Source: Octopus sinensis (Eukaryota). From it: DNA of 64,000 bases. Below the pieces are notes generated by a model, which did not search any database, had not been told where the DNA came from, and was given only the letters and a program-made list of their open reading frames with translations. Of the stretch, positions 1 to 14,057 are shown one piece after another (the first letter of the stretch is position 1; every line of letters begins with the position of its first letter). The stretch lies in NCBI RefSeq assembly GCF_006345805.1, contig NC_043017.1:21948001-22012000 (forward strand), written 5' to 3'. Made by a program: the position numbers and the translations under genes.

Positions 1-144
1 AAGTTGGTTTTCAAGCAACATGTGACCACCCCTAAAGCGTGGAAATGACATGAAATTTTGATGGAAGATTTAAATTTCAATCGCTTAAAAACAGGAAGAT
101 TGCATTATCGAACCAGGGGTAGTCAGAAGCATGTTAGTATGGAA

Positions 145-505
145 AGACCATGCTTGAGCACCAAATTGAGAGGTTTTCAGTCAAACAAATTGACCCCAGG
201 GCTTATTTTATTTTTAAACCAAATACTTATTGTATCGGTCATTTTTTGCCAAACCGCTATTTTAGAGGGACGTAAACACATCAACACCAGTTGACAAGCA
301 CTGGTGGGGGACAAATACTAACACATACACACACACATATATATATATTAACTTGAAGTTAAATATATGTCTGGCCATAGAATGACCAATAGTTTCATAT
401 CCATAAAGTGCTTAGCTGACTTGTAAAACTCTAATGGCTAAGGGCATGTAACCTTCAAACTGTAACTCTCTTCAAACTGGAGGCAGAAAACCATTACATA
501 TATAC

Positions 506-567
<62 letters not shown>

Positions 568-732
568 AACACAACAGGCTTCTTTCAGTTTCTGTTTACC
601 AAATCCACTCTCAAGGCTTTGGTTGGTCCAAAGCTATAAGAGAAGGCACTTGTCCAAGATGTCATGCAGTGGGACTGAACCCAGAACCATGTAGTCAGGA
701 AGCAAGCTTCTTACCACGCTACCATATGTGCA
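145..732 (-). mobile_element. SINE family A (tRNA-like head, central microsatellite), split by an insertion at ~350-505
   Basis: 3' half (catgcttgagcacc...gacgtaaacac...gggggacaaa) at 145-345 and 5' half (ttctttcagtttc...aaatccactc...gggactgaacccagaaccatg) at 570-732 match the reverse complement of the full copies at 27627 and 40820. Confidence 0.8.
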
Positions 733-1239
733 CCTTTGGATGTATGAAAAATTACATAAAAGTTCTCAATAACGGTTTTTTTTATGAAAGCTTCAAATCC
801 TTTTACTATAAGACTGCAATGGTAAATGGAGTAACTATTTTTTTTTTAAACCTAGAAAGCTTGTTCATTGTTGAACCACAGATTAGAAAACTGATGCAAA
901 ATACCTAATTTGGGAATAGTATGTCTAAAATTGAGTTTGTAAAACCTTGGAAATTTAAAAGCTTCTGATTACAGAACAGCTAATTGAGTCTATGATTGAT
1001 AGCTTTCAGCAGCTTCAATGCTGGATTAGAGGAAAGATGCACTTTACTCTGCTCTCATTTTAAACGTTCTATGGAAACTTGTAACGAGTGGAATTATGAG
1101 CAAAGTGAGCAATTTTTCACGGAGATATTATGTTAGTGACAGAAAGATATCAAAACCACATTCACATACACACACAGATATGCATGAATAAATATACACA
1201 TATTTGTGAACATTTGTGCATGTGTGTACGTATGAGTGA

Positions 1240-2045
<806 letters not shown>

Positions 2046-2334
2046 CAGAAATAAAAAAAGACTAATATCTATAAAGAATTAAGTTTTATTATTTGATGGG
2101 GCATTTTTTCCTGTTATAAATATAAATTTTGTTATAACTTTCATTTCTTTCTCTATCTTTTAAAATCCAAATTGATCGGAAAAAATCTCCTCCCCATCAC
2201 CACTACGACAACAAAAAAATAAACAACATGCAAACATTAAAAAAAAATCCTTAAAAAGTAAAAACAAAACGAAAAGCTGTAAACAAATACAGAAGAAGGT
2301 ATATCGAAATTCTACTAGATGGATGCAGTTTCAC

Positions 2335-2339
2335 AATAA

Positions 2340-2407
<68 letters not shown>

Positions 2408-2619
2408 TAATAATAATAATAATAATAATAATGATAATAATAATGATGAGGATGATAATAGTGGTAGCAGTAATATAAATAATAATAATAATATTAGTGA
2501 TGATGATAATAATAATAGTAATAATAATAATAATGATAATAATAATGATGAGGATGATAATAGTGGTAGCAGTAATATAAATAATAATAATAATATTAGT
2601 GATGATGATAACAATAATG

Positions 2620-2653
<34 letters not shown>

Positions 2654-2721
2654 TGAGGATGATAATAGTGGTAGCAGTAATATAAATAATAATAATAATA
2701 TTAGTGATGATGATTATAATG

Positions 2722-2761
<40 letters not shown>

Positions 2762-2780
2762 TAATAATAACAACAATAAT
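2335..2780. repeat. (AAT)n microsatellite with three ~110 bp higher-order units
   Basis: gatgaggatgataatagtggtagcagtaatataaat...attagtgatgatgat occurs three times inside AAT runs. Confidence 0.9.
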
Positions 2781-4380
2781 GTAAATGAATAAATGGAAGT
2801 TCCAGAAGGCCAAGCAATGCTATACAGCAATCAAAAGAGTTTGCATAACTCAACATATCGCTAGGCTTGGATTTCATTTTCTACCTGTCACATTGCCTTA
2901 CATAATGGACAGCATGATTTATAATATAATTATACAATGCTATTAAGTAAATGCCACACATAATGGTGCATATGTAGATATTGATAACAGAGAGGTTAAC
3001 ACGTTTCTCAGAGGGGAAATTTCGTTGCAGTTTATATTCTCGTACTCAGCATCGATTTGCGGTTTAATCTTTCTGTTTTGTCCCCGTGGGTCTCCTCAGA
3101 TGAAGTGATATTTTCTTTTTTTTTTTTATCAGAGCTTTTACAACACAATATCTCTGTTTTTAAATGAAGTTTTGAAGTATCTTTGATGAAGGTGCAGTGG
3201 GAATTTTTTTTTTCTTTCATTTGCTATGGATTCCAACAAAATATCGTGAGTATTTTCCAAACTGCATACATACAAATTCTAATTCGTTTAGAATATTTCA
3301 GATTTATTTTGTTTGTGCATAAAGCTTCCAGGAGCCTGAAAGAACACTTAAAAGCCAATCCTAAGATCCAGTTTATAAGGCTTTTAAATAAAAAGCACCT
3401 AAATGATACATTACACTCATATACACACACATATAAATACATACATATGTACATTTGTATATACACACACACATATATATATATATGTATGTATATACAC
3501 CCATATGTATTTATATATGCAGGTTTATATATATGTATATGTACACACATAAGCATATATATTCATATATATGCATATACATATATGTATATACATATAT
3601 GTGCATGTATATATATGTATATATATATATATGCATGTGTGTATACACATTCATATGCATTTATATATGTGCATATATATTCAGATATATATATATATAT
3701 ATGCATATACACATATGTCCATCATCATCATCCTCATCATCACTTAACGTCCGTTTTCCATGTTGGCATGTGTCATATACATACACACATGCACACTGAC
3801 TATATAAGTATAAAATATGGTGGTGGTGGTGGTAGTAGTAGTAGTCATAATGAATACATGGAGCTAGCATAAAGAAACGTAGACAAGATGTTAAGTTGGG
3901 AGGGTCCAACTGTAGAATGAGGTAAACATGTACACAACGAGGATTAGATATTGCAAAATACACAGTTACCAATAAAGTGTGTGTGTGTGTTTGCATGTGT
4001 GTGTGTGTGTTGAGAGACAGAGAGACATACACATATTATCATCATTTTAACATCCCCGTTTCCATGCTTTCCTTGGTTGAACAGAGTTAATTGAACAGAC
4101 TTTCTTTGGCTGGATGCTTTTCCTTTCACCAACCCTTACCTTTCCAAGTAAGGCAATATTTTCTCACGACCAGACATGTTTTCATGGAATATTGTAAATG
4201 AATGACACTCACTCACAACAATCACATGATTTGAAAACAAGAAGACACAAACATACACATATTCACATACATATTTATACACACACATACTTACATACAT
4301 GTATGTATGTAAATGTGTATGTGTGTATGTATGTGTGCCCAACCTATGGAAGCATGGAAAGTTAGGTGTTAAATGACAAT

Positions 4381-4770
4381 GATGGCTGTGTGGTATGAAG
4401 CATGCTTCCAAACCACATGGTTCTGGGTTCAGTCCCACTGCATAGCACCTTAGGCAAGTGCCTTCTATTATAGCCTCAGGCTGACCAAAGCCTTGTCAGT
4501 GGACTTGGTAGATGGAAACTGAAAGAAGCTTGTTGTATATATATATATATGTATACATGTGTCTGTTTTTGTCTGTGTTTGTCACCCCACCATTGCTTGA
4601 CAACCAATGTTGGTGTGTTTACATCCCTGTATCTTAGTGGTTCAGCAAAAGAGACTGATAGAATAAGTACCAGGCTTACAAAGAATGAGTCCAGGGGTTG
4701 ATTTCTTTGATGAAAAGGCACTACTCCAGCATAGCCACAGTTAAATGACTGAAACAAGTAAAAGAACTAA
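4381..4770 (+). mobile_element. SINE family A, full length
   Basis: Head tggctgtgtggta...ggttcagtccc (Pol III A/B-box-like), central (TA)n, tail gcagtcaaatgactgaaacaagtaaaag-type. Confidence 0.9.
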
Positions 4771-4868
4771 AGAATACACACACACATATGTATATATATA
4801 TACACACGCAAATATTGAGCAATGAAGATGAGGATGAGTGCTGATAACCACATTAGTACATAAATATT

Positions 4869-5048
4869 CTTTATTTGTGGTTTAACAAGGCTACCGTTGG
4901 TTTCATGTCGAGATAATTCACTTGACAATTATCAAGCCTGTCACATGGGGAGGTTGGCAGTCATCTCCTTCCAAGAGGCTTGATAATTGTTCAGAGATTT
5001 CTCACTCTACATGAAACTATTGGTAGCCTTGTTGACCCACAAATAAAG
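4869..5048. ncRNA. Inverted pair of minimal type I hammerhead-ribozyme-like motifs (Penelope-type terminus)
   Basis: Each arm reads outward AGGC-TTGATAA-stemII-GAAA-stemIII-GTA-GCCT followed by AATAAA; the arms are imperfect inverted repeats. Confidence 0.6.
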
Positions 5049-5094
5049 TACATATATATGTATTTACACATCACACACAAAAATGGAGTTACGA

Positions 5095-5252
5095 CAGACT
5101 TCTTTTAGTTTCTGTCTGCTATTTCTACTCATGAAACTTTGGTCAACTTGGGGCTATAGTAAAAGACATTTGCTGAAGGTGCCACGATGGGAAACTGATC
5201 CCATAATCACATGGCTGGGAAACGAACTTCTTGACCACACACCCACATCTGC
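5095..5252 (-). mobile_element. SINE family A, 5' half, diverged
   Basis: gacttcttttagtttctgtc...ggggctatagtaaaagacatttgc...cacatggctgggaaacgaacttcttgaccacac. Confidence 0.7.
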
Positions 5253-6742
5253 ACCTATCGATTACATTAACCCCATTACTCAGCTGGTACTTTATTGATG
5301 GCCGGAAGGACAGAAAGTAAATCTGAACTTGGAGGGATTTAATGATAATTTCCTCCTTAATTACATTTGCTCTCTTTGAACCTTACAACTTCGGTGTGTT
5401 CTATATATATACTGTAAGCTGAGAAAACAAACTTCCTGCAGTTTCCTCAGTTCTCTGGCAGATTCTATCAGCTCTTCACAGTGAACATGATATTACCAAT
5501 TTCCTGTGTATTTCTAAAGATCAGATTCCTGAAATTCTTAATCTAGCCAATGTTTGTTTCCCATTGTTGATTCTGCCAAGGAGAGGAGTTTCATGAAATT
5601 AAATTATTCCATATGTGATTCTCTGATCCTTTTGTACAGTTCAGGCTAGGGAAGTCTGGGAAGAGAGTGAGAAAGGGACAGAAGAAAACAGGGAGAGAGA
5701 GAGAGAGAGAGAGAGGGTAAGAAAGTGAGGAAAAAGAGAGAGCTATAGAGATGAAGAAAGTTTGAAGTAGATATGGAATTCAGTTAGATTTATCGAAAAT
5801 GTCTGAAGCTTAGGCCACTATTTCAGGATGTAAAACTTCACCTTTACAAAAGACCCTACTTATCATATCAGCTGCTGCTGCACTTACCTAAAGCTGACTT
5901 GAATTTACTTGTCTACCTACATCTCAATAAATGAATTCTATATACAGTGACATTAGTACATGTTTTAAGCACCAGTGTGGGACATGGAGAAGGAGTAGAT
6001 CCATTGATGGGAACCCGACATTTTTATAATGCTTACTGAATAACTGTGTTAATGAGTTTCCAACAAAGCACTTGCCAAACTCTCAATCACAAATTAATTA
6101 CTTAAATCTATTTTTCTGCTTCCACTTAATCGTTTTTTCTAAATTTTAACAGCAAAATTTAATTTCTACAAGATAATTTGACAGTTATTTAACATAGCAG
6201 GACATGTTAAATACCATACATAAATATAATCAGAACATGATTTTATTGTAAACCTTTCTAATTATGATGGGGTACACAACTGTGTTGAAAATTACTTTAT
6301 ATATATTTATAGAGTTTAAATTGCCATGATATATACATATATCTATGTTTGTGAACTACTAGCAACACACCACCAACATGCAATTCGGAGCGAAAGCAAG
6401 ATGTAAATCTTATAACTTTAGAAGCATGTTATGTCGCCTGATGAGGTTCTCTGTACAATGCATTGCATCTGATGTTATTACATCATCCCACACTCATTAC
6501 GGAACAGTGCAGAAGGAAGCCAAAACGATTGTTGTACTGAATAAAGCTTCTAGTTACACTCCATCTCATATATGTGTGTGTGAGTGTGTGTATACATAAA
6601 CTTGTGTGTATAAACATATAAATATACATACATATATATAAACATATATGACTATGCTTGCTTGCTTGTTTGCTTGCTTACATACATGCATGCATGCATG
6701 CATGCATGCATACATACATACATACATACATACATACATACA

Positions 6743-6774
<32 letters not shown>

Positions 6775-6775
<1 letters not shown>

Positions 6776-6965
6776 TGTCATTGTTCCATGCTTGCTTTCC
6801 ATGTTAGCACAGGTAGGATGGTTGGACCAGGAACTAACGAGCTGCATGGTTGTGTCAAGCTCCGGTGTCATCGTTGGCATGGTTTTTGTTGTTGGATGCC
6901 CTTCCTAATAATGCCAAACACTTTACAGAGTGTACTGGGTGCATTTTTCTGTCCCTGTCACTAGT
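6775..6965 (-). mobile_element. Interspersed repeat family B (SINE-like or LINE-tail element with (GAT)n tail)
   Basis: tttccatgttagca...ggatgcccttcctaat...gagtgtactgggtgc motif shared with copies at 26895, 28905, 34562 and 38343 and, in reverse, 33858 and 48722. Confidence 0.75.
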
Positions 6966-7164
6966 GAAGTTGGCATATAACTTGCAATACAGGAAAGAAC
7001 AGATAAGAAGGGAAAGTAAAAAGTTCCCACTGCTAAGGGGAGGTATTTGGAAGTAGAAGACAGAGGTGGGTCGTTGGGTGGCTGTAATCCAGGTGAAGAA
7101 AGGCTGAAGTATGGTAGAACAACAAGCACAGGTGTCTTGCTATGGAGGAGTTATATGATTGGTG

Positions 7165-7546
7165 GAGGCGCAATGGCCCAGTGGTTAGGGCAGCGGACTT
7201 GCGGTCATAGGATCGCGGTTTCGACTCCTAGACCGGGTGTTGTGAGTGTTTATTGAGCGAAAACACCTAAAGCTCCACGAGGCTCCGGCAGGGGATGGTG
7301 GTGATCCCTGCTGTACTCTTTCACCACAACTTTCTCTCACTCTTACTTCCTGTTTCTGTTGTACCTGTGTTTCAAAGGGCCGGCCTTGTCACTCTCTGTG
7401 TCATGCTGAATATCCCCGAGAACTACGTTAAGGGTACATGTGTCTGTGGAGTGCTCAGCCACTTACACGTTAATTTCATGAGCAGGCTGTTCCGTTGATT
7501 CGGATCAACCGGAACCCTCGTCGTCGTAACCGACGGAGTGCTTCCA
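7165..7546 (+). mobile_element. SINE family D, full-length young copy
   Basis: tRNA-like head ggcgcaatggcccagtggttagg...ggtttcgactcc, CpG-rich, tail ctacgttaagggtac...ggaaccctcgtcgtcgtaaccgacggagtg shared with 34167 and 50280. Confidence 0.9.
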
Positions 7547-8190
7547 AAATATGACTGAATGAGATAAGGTAAAGGTAGTGATAGGGTGCAAGAGCAATCT
7601 CTCAAAGAACAAGAAGGTAAGCATCAGAGAGAACATGAGTAGTGAATTATAAAGGGGATGAGAGGGAGTGGATGCTTTCATAAGAGAGTGAGATGGAGTG
7701 GGGGAAACAGCTTGAGGTAGAGGTTAATGTACTGATTGTTGGGGAACACGAATATGTAGTGGGGTGAGATGGGAGCTATGGGAGTGCCTCAGAAAGGAGA
7801 ATAGAACAAAAAGAAGTAGAATGAATGAGCAAAGTGTAGGAACTGTAGAGATAGAGATATAGGGATACATGAGAGGGTGGGGGCTATAAAAGTGGGTCAT
7901 TATGGGAGACAAGGGAGGGCACTGAGAATGATAGCAAATAAAGGATGCATTTAGGATGGAGTATAACAGAGTGGGGAAAGAGAGAGAGAGAGAGAGCAGT
8001 GGTTGAAGGCACAGAAAAGGGAGGTGATCAGTTGAAACATCTTGGGTAGGATTGAAAATAATTGAGGGCAGGTGGTATTTGGGAGGCAGAGGCATGTAGT
8101 ATGTGTGATACTGCTCTCAGGTGAGTTATAAAGTAGATATTGTATGTATTATGATAGTTCATATATATCTTATAATAATTATTATATTGT

Positions 8191-9395
8191 AATATAATAT
8201 AATATAGTAGGTATGTGTATTATGATGCAGTAGATTTAAGTATTATGATATAGCAGGTGTCATATATGTATTATAATACTGTACATGTTGTATTATGATA
8301 TAAAAGATATAATATAGTAGATTTGATACTTAATTGATAAATATTATTACTTCTTCATTATTTCATGTTTCAAGTTGGATAGAATTTTCTTCGGTGTTCT
8401 GTGTCTGCAACAGCATGCTTTCAATTTTCATTTGGGAAGGTGCATTGAGATATATCAGTCGAGAAGGACACCAGGTAGAACACAGATCAATAATAATAAA
8501 TCATTTTTATCAATTTGCATTGTTTGATTTGAATTTACTATAAAGAATTTCTTAATGCTTGGTGAAAATTTCAGATCACTTATTTAAGTAATCATTTGAA
8601 ACCTTAATTTCATTTAAAACAAGAAACTTATCTGCAACACAGATGATGCAACTCTTGGAACCGTGTCTTTTTACTTATTCTATTTTTCATTCCAAATATG
8701 TAAAAAAAAAAAAAATCAAGAAAGAATTGATTTTCTTTCAAAAGCCATATATGGGAATTGAACAAGAATTTCTTTGTTACCAATGTTTAAGGTGAAAAGC
8801 TAGACAAGGGGTTAGCATACCAGGCAGAAATGCTGAGTAGCATATTTTTTTAGTAGCATAATTTTTAGTAGCATATTTTTTTAGTAGCATAGTTTTTACA
8901 TCTTGAGTTCAATTTCCACCAAGGTTGACTTTGCCTCTTACGTTTTCAGGGTCGATAAAATAAGTACCAGTTGCATATTGGGGTCAATGTAATCAACTTA
9001 TCCTCTTCTCTGAAATTGCTGGCCTTGTACCAATACTTGGAACTACTATTACCAATGATTTCTGAGGCACAAGATACAGAAATTTCTTTTTGTGTGGGTG
9101 GTGGGCCACCACTTACACCTAACCCAGAACTTGAATGGAACTCACTCTTTGTCTGCAGTCAATAAATTAAATACCAGTAATATACTGGGGTGTCAGTATG
9201 ATTTATTGTTCTTTCCTACAAAAGGTGTGACCTCGCACTTGTGTCAGTAATTATTATTAATATTAACGAAGGAATAATTACATTTATTGTTATTGTAATC
9301 GTTAGTATTATTTATTGTTGTTCGTCTAATTATTGGGACTCTCATTATCTTCCTTACAACAACAGTTCGGAACTAAATGAATGCACAATAAAGAA

Positions 9396-9442
<47 letters not shown>

Positions 9443-10776
9443 TAATGATAACGAAATAACAACAACAACAACAACAACAACAATAATAATAATAATTATA
9501 ATAATATAATAATAATAATAATAATAAAAAATAATAATAATAATAATGATAATAATAATAAAAATAAAAATAATAATAATATAATATAATATAGTAGGTA
9601 TGTGTATTATGATGCAGTAGATTTAAGTATTATGATATAGCAGGTGTCATATATGTATTATAATACTGTACATGTTGTATTATGATATAAAAGATATAAT
9701 ATAGTAGATTTGATACTTAATGATAAATATTATTACTTCTTCATTATTTCATGTTTCAAGTTGGATAGAATTTTCTTCGGTGTTCTGTGTCTGCAACAGC
9801 ATGCTTTCAATTTTCATTTGGGAAGGTGCATTGAGATATATCAGTCGAGAAGGACACCAGGTAGAACACAGATCAATAATAATAAATCATTTTTATCAAT
9901 TTGCATTGTTTGATTTGAATTTACTATAAAGAATTTCTTAATGCTTGGTGAAAATTTCAGATCACTTATTTAAGTAATCATTTGAAACCTTAATTTCATT
10001 TAAAACAAGAACTTATCTGCAACACAGATGATGCAACTCTTGGACCGTGTCTTTTTACTTATTCTATTTTTCATTCCAAATATGTAAAAAAAAAAAAAAT
10101 CAAGAAAGAATTGATTTTCTTTCAAAAGCCATATATGGGAATTGAACAAGAATTTCTTTGTTACCAATGTTTAAGGTGAAAAGCTAGACAAGGGGTTAGC
10201 ATACCAGGCAGAAATGCTGAGTAGCATATTTTTTTAGTAGCATAATTTTTAGTAGCATATTTTTTCGTAGCATAGTTTTTACATCTTGAGTTCAATTTCC
10301 ACCAAGGTTGACTTTGCCTCTTACGTTTTCAGGGTCGATAAAATAAGTACCAGTTGCATATTGGGGTCAATGTAATCAACTTATCCTCTTCTCTGAAATT
10401 GCTGGCCTTGTACCAATACTTGGAACTACTATTACCAATGATTTCTGAGGCACAAGATACAGAAATTTCTTTTTGTGTGGGTGGTGGGCCACCACTTACA
10501 CCTAACCCAGAACTTGAATGGAACTCACTCTTTGTCTGCAGTCAATAAATTAAATACCAGTATATACTGGGGTGTCAGTATGATTATTGTTCTTTCCTAC
10601 AAAAGGTGTGACCTCGCACTTGTGTCAGTAATTATTATTAATATTAACGAAGGAATAATTACATTTATTGTTATTGTAATCGTTAGTATTATTTATTGTT
10701 GTTCGTCTAATTATTGGGACTCTCATTATCTTCCTTACAACAACAGTTCGGAACTAAATGAATGCACAATAAAGAA

Positions 10777-10807
<31 letters not shown>

Positions 10808-10876
10808 TAATAATAATAATAAAAATAATGATAACGAAATAACAACAACAACAACAACAACAATAATAATAATAAT

Positions 10877-10910
<34 letters not shown>

Positions 10911-10990
10911 TAATAATAAAAATAATGATAACGAAACAACAACAACAACAATAATAATAATAATTATAATAATAATAATAATAATAATAA
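8191..10990. repeat. Tandem duplication, ~1387 bp unit x2
   Basis: Identical ORFs at 8334/9720 and 8971/10354; junction in ATAAT/AAT microsatellite; each copy includes a SINE C fragment. Confidence 0.95.
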
Positions 10991-11041
10991 TGATAATAAT
11001 AATAAAAATAAAAATAATAATAACGAAATAACAACAACAAC

Positions 11042-11096
<55 letters not shown>

Positions 11097-11509
11097 GTAA
11101 ATACCTAAAGTGCAAACAAATCTCTGATACAACAATAATAAATGTAAAACAAACTCACAAACACACGAAGCAAAGTTATTTTTGATGTTTAAGTAAATAG
11201 AGAAAAATTTTCATAAAACATTAGCTATAGGAGGTGGAATGGGCAGAGGTGGTCGTGGTTGGATGGCAAAAGTAAAAGTGAGAAGGAGAGAGAAGAAAAT
11301 AAAAGCGGGAGTTGACAAAACAAAAGAGGGGAAACTGCATCAGTCAATTGGGAAAAGTAATTAAGATAAGACAGGTTCCTAATTAATATTTTTGCTTCAT
11401 GTTAGCTTAGGTGAAATCAATAACAAGGAGATCTATACTAATAGTGTGTTTTAGAGAGAGAGGGGTAGAGAGAGAGAGAGAGAGAGCGAAAGAGAGAGAG
11501 AGAGAGAGC

Positions 11510-11546
<37 letters not shown>

Positions 11547-11722
11547 AGAAAGATAAATAGGGAGAAATCAAAACATATTTGAAGCAAAAATATAACAAGG
11601 AGATAGGAAAGTAAAAGTGAGATAAATTTCAGTTTAAAAAAGATTTTGACTTCGTCTAAAATTAATAATAATAATAATAATAATAATAATTATAATAATA
11701 ATGATAATTAATAATAATAATG

Positions 11723-11758
<36 letters not shown>

Positions 11759-12013
11759 TAATAATAATAATATCAAAGATAATTTCAGGAAACTATCTTA
11801 GAGTTCCCAGTTTTCAGCCTGTTTTTTTAAAATTTTAGTGTTGTCTCTATTTTATATTTTTGCATTTTTAGCCCTTTATCAATAATATCCATAGTTTGAG
11901 AAATCCATCAAGTATTGCCTTTCTTAAGACAAGAATTTGGTACTTCTCAAAGAACCATGCATCAAGTATTCTACGTTAACAAAGATGTTCAAGGTCAAAG
12001 TTGTTGTTGGGAA

Positions 12014-12048
<35 letters not shown>

Positions 12049-12049
<1 letters not shown>

Positions 12050-13490
12050 GGTGGTGAGCTGACAGAAATGTTAGCACGCCGGGTGAAATGCTTAGTGGTA
12101 TTTCGTCTGTCTTTCCATTCTGAGTTCAAATTCTGCCGAGGTCGACTTTGCCTTTCATCCTTTCGGGGTCGATAAATTAAGTACTAGTTGCATACTGTGG
12201 TCGATCTAATCAACTGGCCCCCTCCCCCCAAATTTCGGGCCTTGTGCCTAGAGTAGAAAAGATTATCATCATCATCATTATTATTATCTTTATGGTTATT
12301 ATTAATATTGTTATTATTATTATTGTGAGGACACATGGCTTAATGGTTAGGGTGTTACAGCCATGATCTAGCAATTGTGATTTCAATTCCCAGACCGGGT
12401 GGTACATTGTGTTCTTGAGCAAAACACTTCATATTGTGTTACTCTGTGATCACTTCGACACCTGACGCATGGCACACTGTGCCCCTGTTCACACAACCTC
12501 GATTTGATGGAGAGAGTGAGCTAATGTCCAGCATGAGCATTTGACCACTATAAACAATTCCTTTGTGCAGGTCATTCAACAAAAGCTGAACACATCATCT
12601 TCAATGGGAGAGGCCATCATCATCATTACTATCACCATTATTATCAAAGCAGGGAGCTTGCAGAATTGTGTGTACATCGGACTCAATCCTTAGTGGTATT
12701 TCTCTTGAGTTCAAATACTGTTGAGATCAACTTTGAATCTGATCCTTTAAGGGTCAATGAAATAAGAACCAGCTGAGCACTGGGGCTCAATGTAATCAAC
12801 TAATTCCTCCCCACGCAAAATTTCTGGCCTTGTGCTTATAGTAGAAGGGATTGTCGACTTTGCCTTTCATCCTTTTGGGGTCGATTAAATAAGTACCAGT
12901 TACGCACTGGGGTCGATGCAATCAACTTAATCCGTGTGTTTGTCCTTGTTTGTCCCCTCTATGTTTAGCCCCTTGTGGGTAATAAAGAAACAAATTATTA
13001 TTATTATTATTAAGACAGTGATTTGGTAAGATCATTGGTATGTCAGACAAAATTCTTAGCAGCATTTCTTCTGGTTTTACATTCTGAGTTCAAATTCCAC
13101 CGAGGCTGACTCTGCCTTTCTTCATTGAGCACTGGAGTCAATGTAATTGACTAGCCCCCCCACCCTCTACCCAAATTTCAGGACTTGTATCTGTAGTAAG
13201 AAGGGTTACTATTATTATGTTGTGTTTTGGTTTTGTTTCAATGGGCCATTGTGCCTCCACTATTATCACTAATATTAAAGTGGTAAGCTGACGGAATTGT
13301 AAGCATGCCGGTCAAAATGCTTAGCAGCATTTTGTTTGTCTACATGTTCAGAGATCAAGTTCCATCAAGGTCGACTTCACCTTTCATCCTTTCAGGGCTG
13401 ATGAATTAAGTACCAGCTGTGCACTGGGGTTGCTGTAATTCACCAGCCCTAACCTCCAAAATTTCAGACCTTGTGCTCATAGTGGAAAGA
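12049..13490 (+). mobile_element. Cluster of about five SINE family C copies plus one family D variant (~12327-12600)
   Basis: Repeated aaggtggtgagctg...gagttcaaatt...gactttgcctttcatcctttcggggtcgataaattaagtac motif separated by (TTA)n. Confidence 0.85.
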
Positions 13491-13639
13491 ATTACTACTA
13501 CTACTACTACTACTACTACTGCAACTACCACCACCACCACCACCACTACTACTATCACTACTACTACTACCACCACCACCACTACTACTGCAATGACGGT
13601 GACCACCACAACAGTGGAGAGGAGGAAAAAAATCTTTTG

Positions 13640-13799
13640 TACAAGCTGCTGTGTGGTAAGTAGCTTGCTAACCAAACACATGGTTCCGCGTTCAGTCCCA
13701 CTGCGTGGCATCTTGGGCAAGTGTCTTCTGCTATAGCCCCGGGCCGACCAATGCCTTGTGAGTGGATTGGTAGACGGAAACTGAAAGAAGCCTGTCGTA

Positions 13800-13862
<63 letters not shown>

Positions 13863-14057
13863 GTCTGTGTTTGTCCCCGTAGCATTGTTTGACAACTGAT
13901 GCTGGTGTGTTTACGTCCCCGTCACTTAGCAGTTCGGCAAAAGAGACTGATAGAATAAGTACTAGGCTTACAAAGAATAAGCCCCGGGGTCGATTTGCTC
14001 GACTAAAGGCGGTGCTCCAGCATGGCCGCAGTCAAATGACTGAAACAAGTAAAAGAG
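13640..14057 (+). mobile_element. SINE family A, full length
   Basis: Complete head, (TA)n(TG)n core and gactgaaacaagtaaaagag tail. Confidence 0.92.

Noticed and set aside
371-420. Minus-strand GAAACTATTGGTC resembling the 3' half of the 4980 hammerhead
   Set aside because: No recognisable YUGANRA core or stem I partner upstream; at most a decayed relative.
5423-5596. 57-codon open frame ENKLPAVSSVLWQILSAL…
   Set aside because: No start codon, no convincing splice sites and no recognised motif; consistent with chance.
7165-7240. tRNA-like sequence with A/B boxes
   Set aside because: The anticodon and acceptor stems pair poorly and it continues into a 380 bp SINE body; it is a SINE head, not a tRNA gene.
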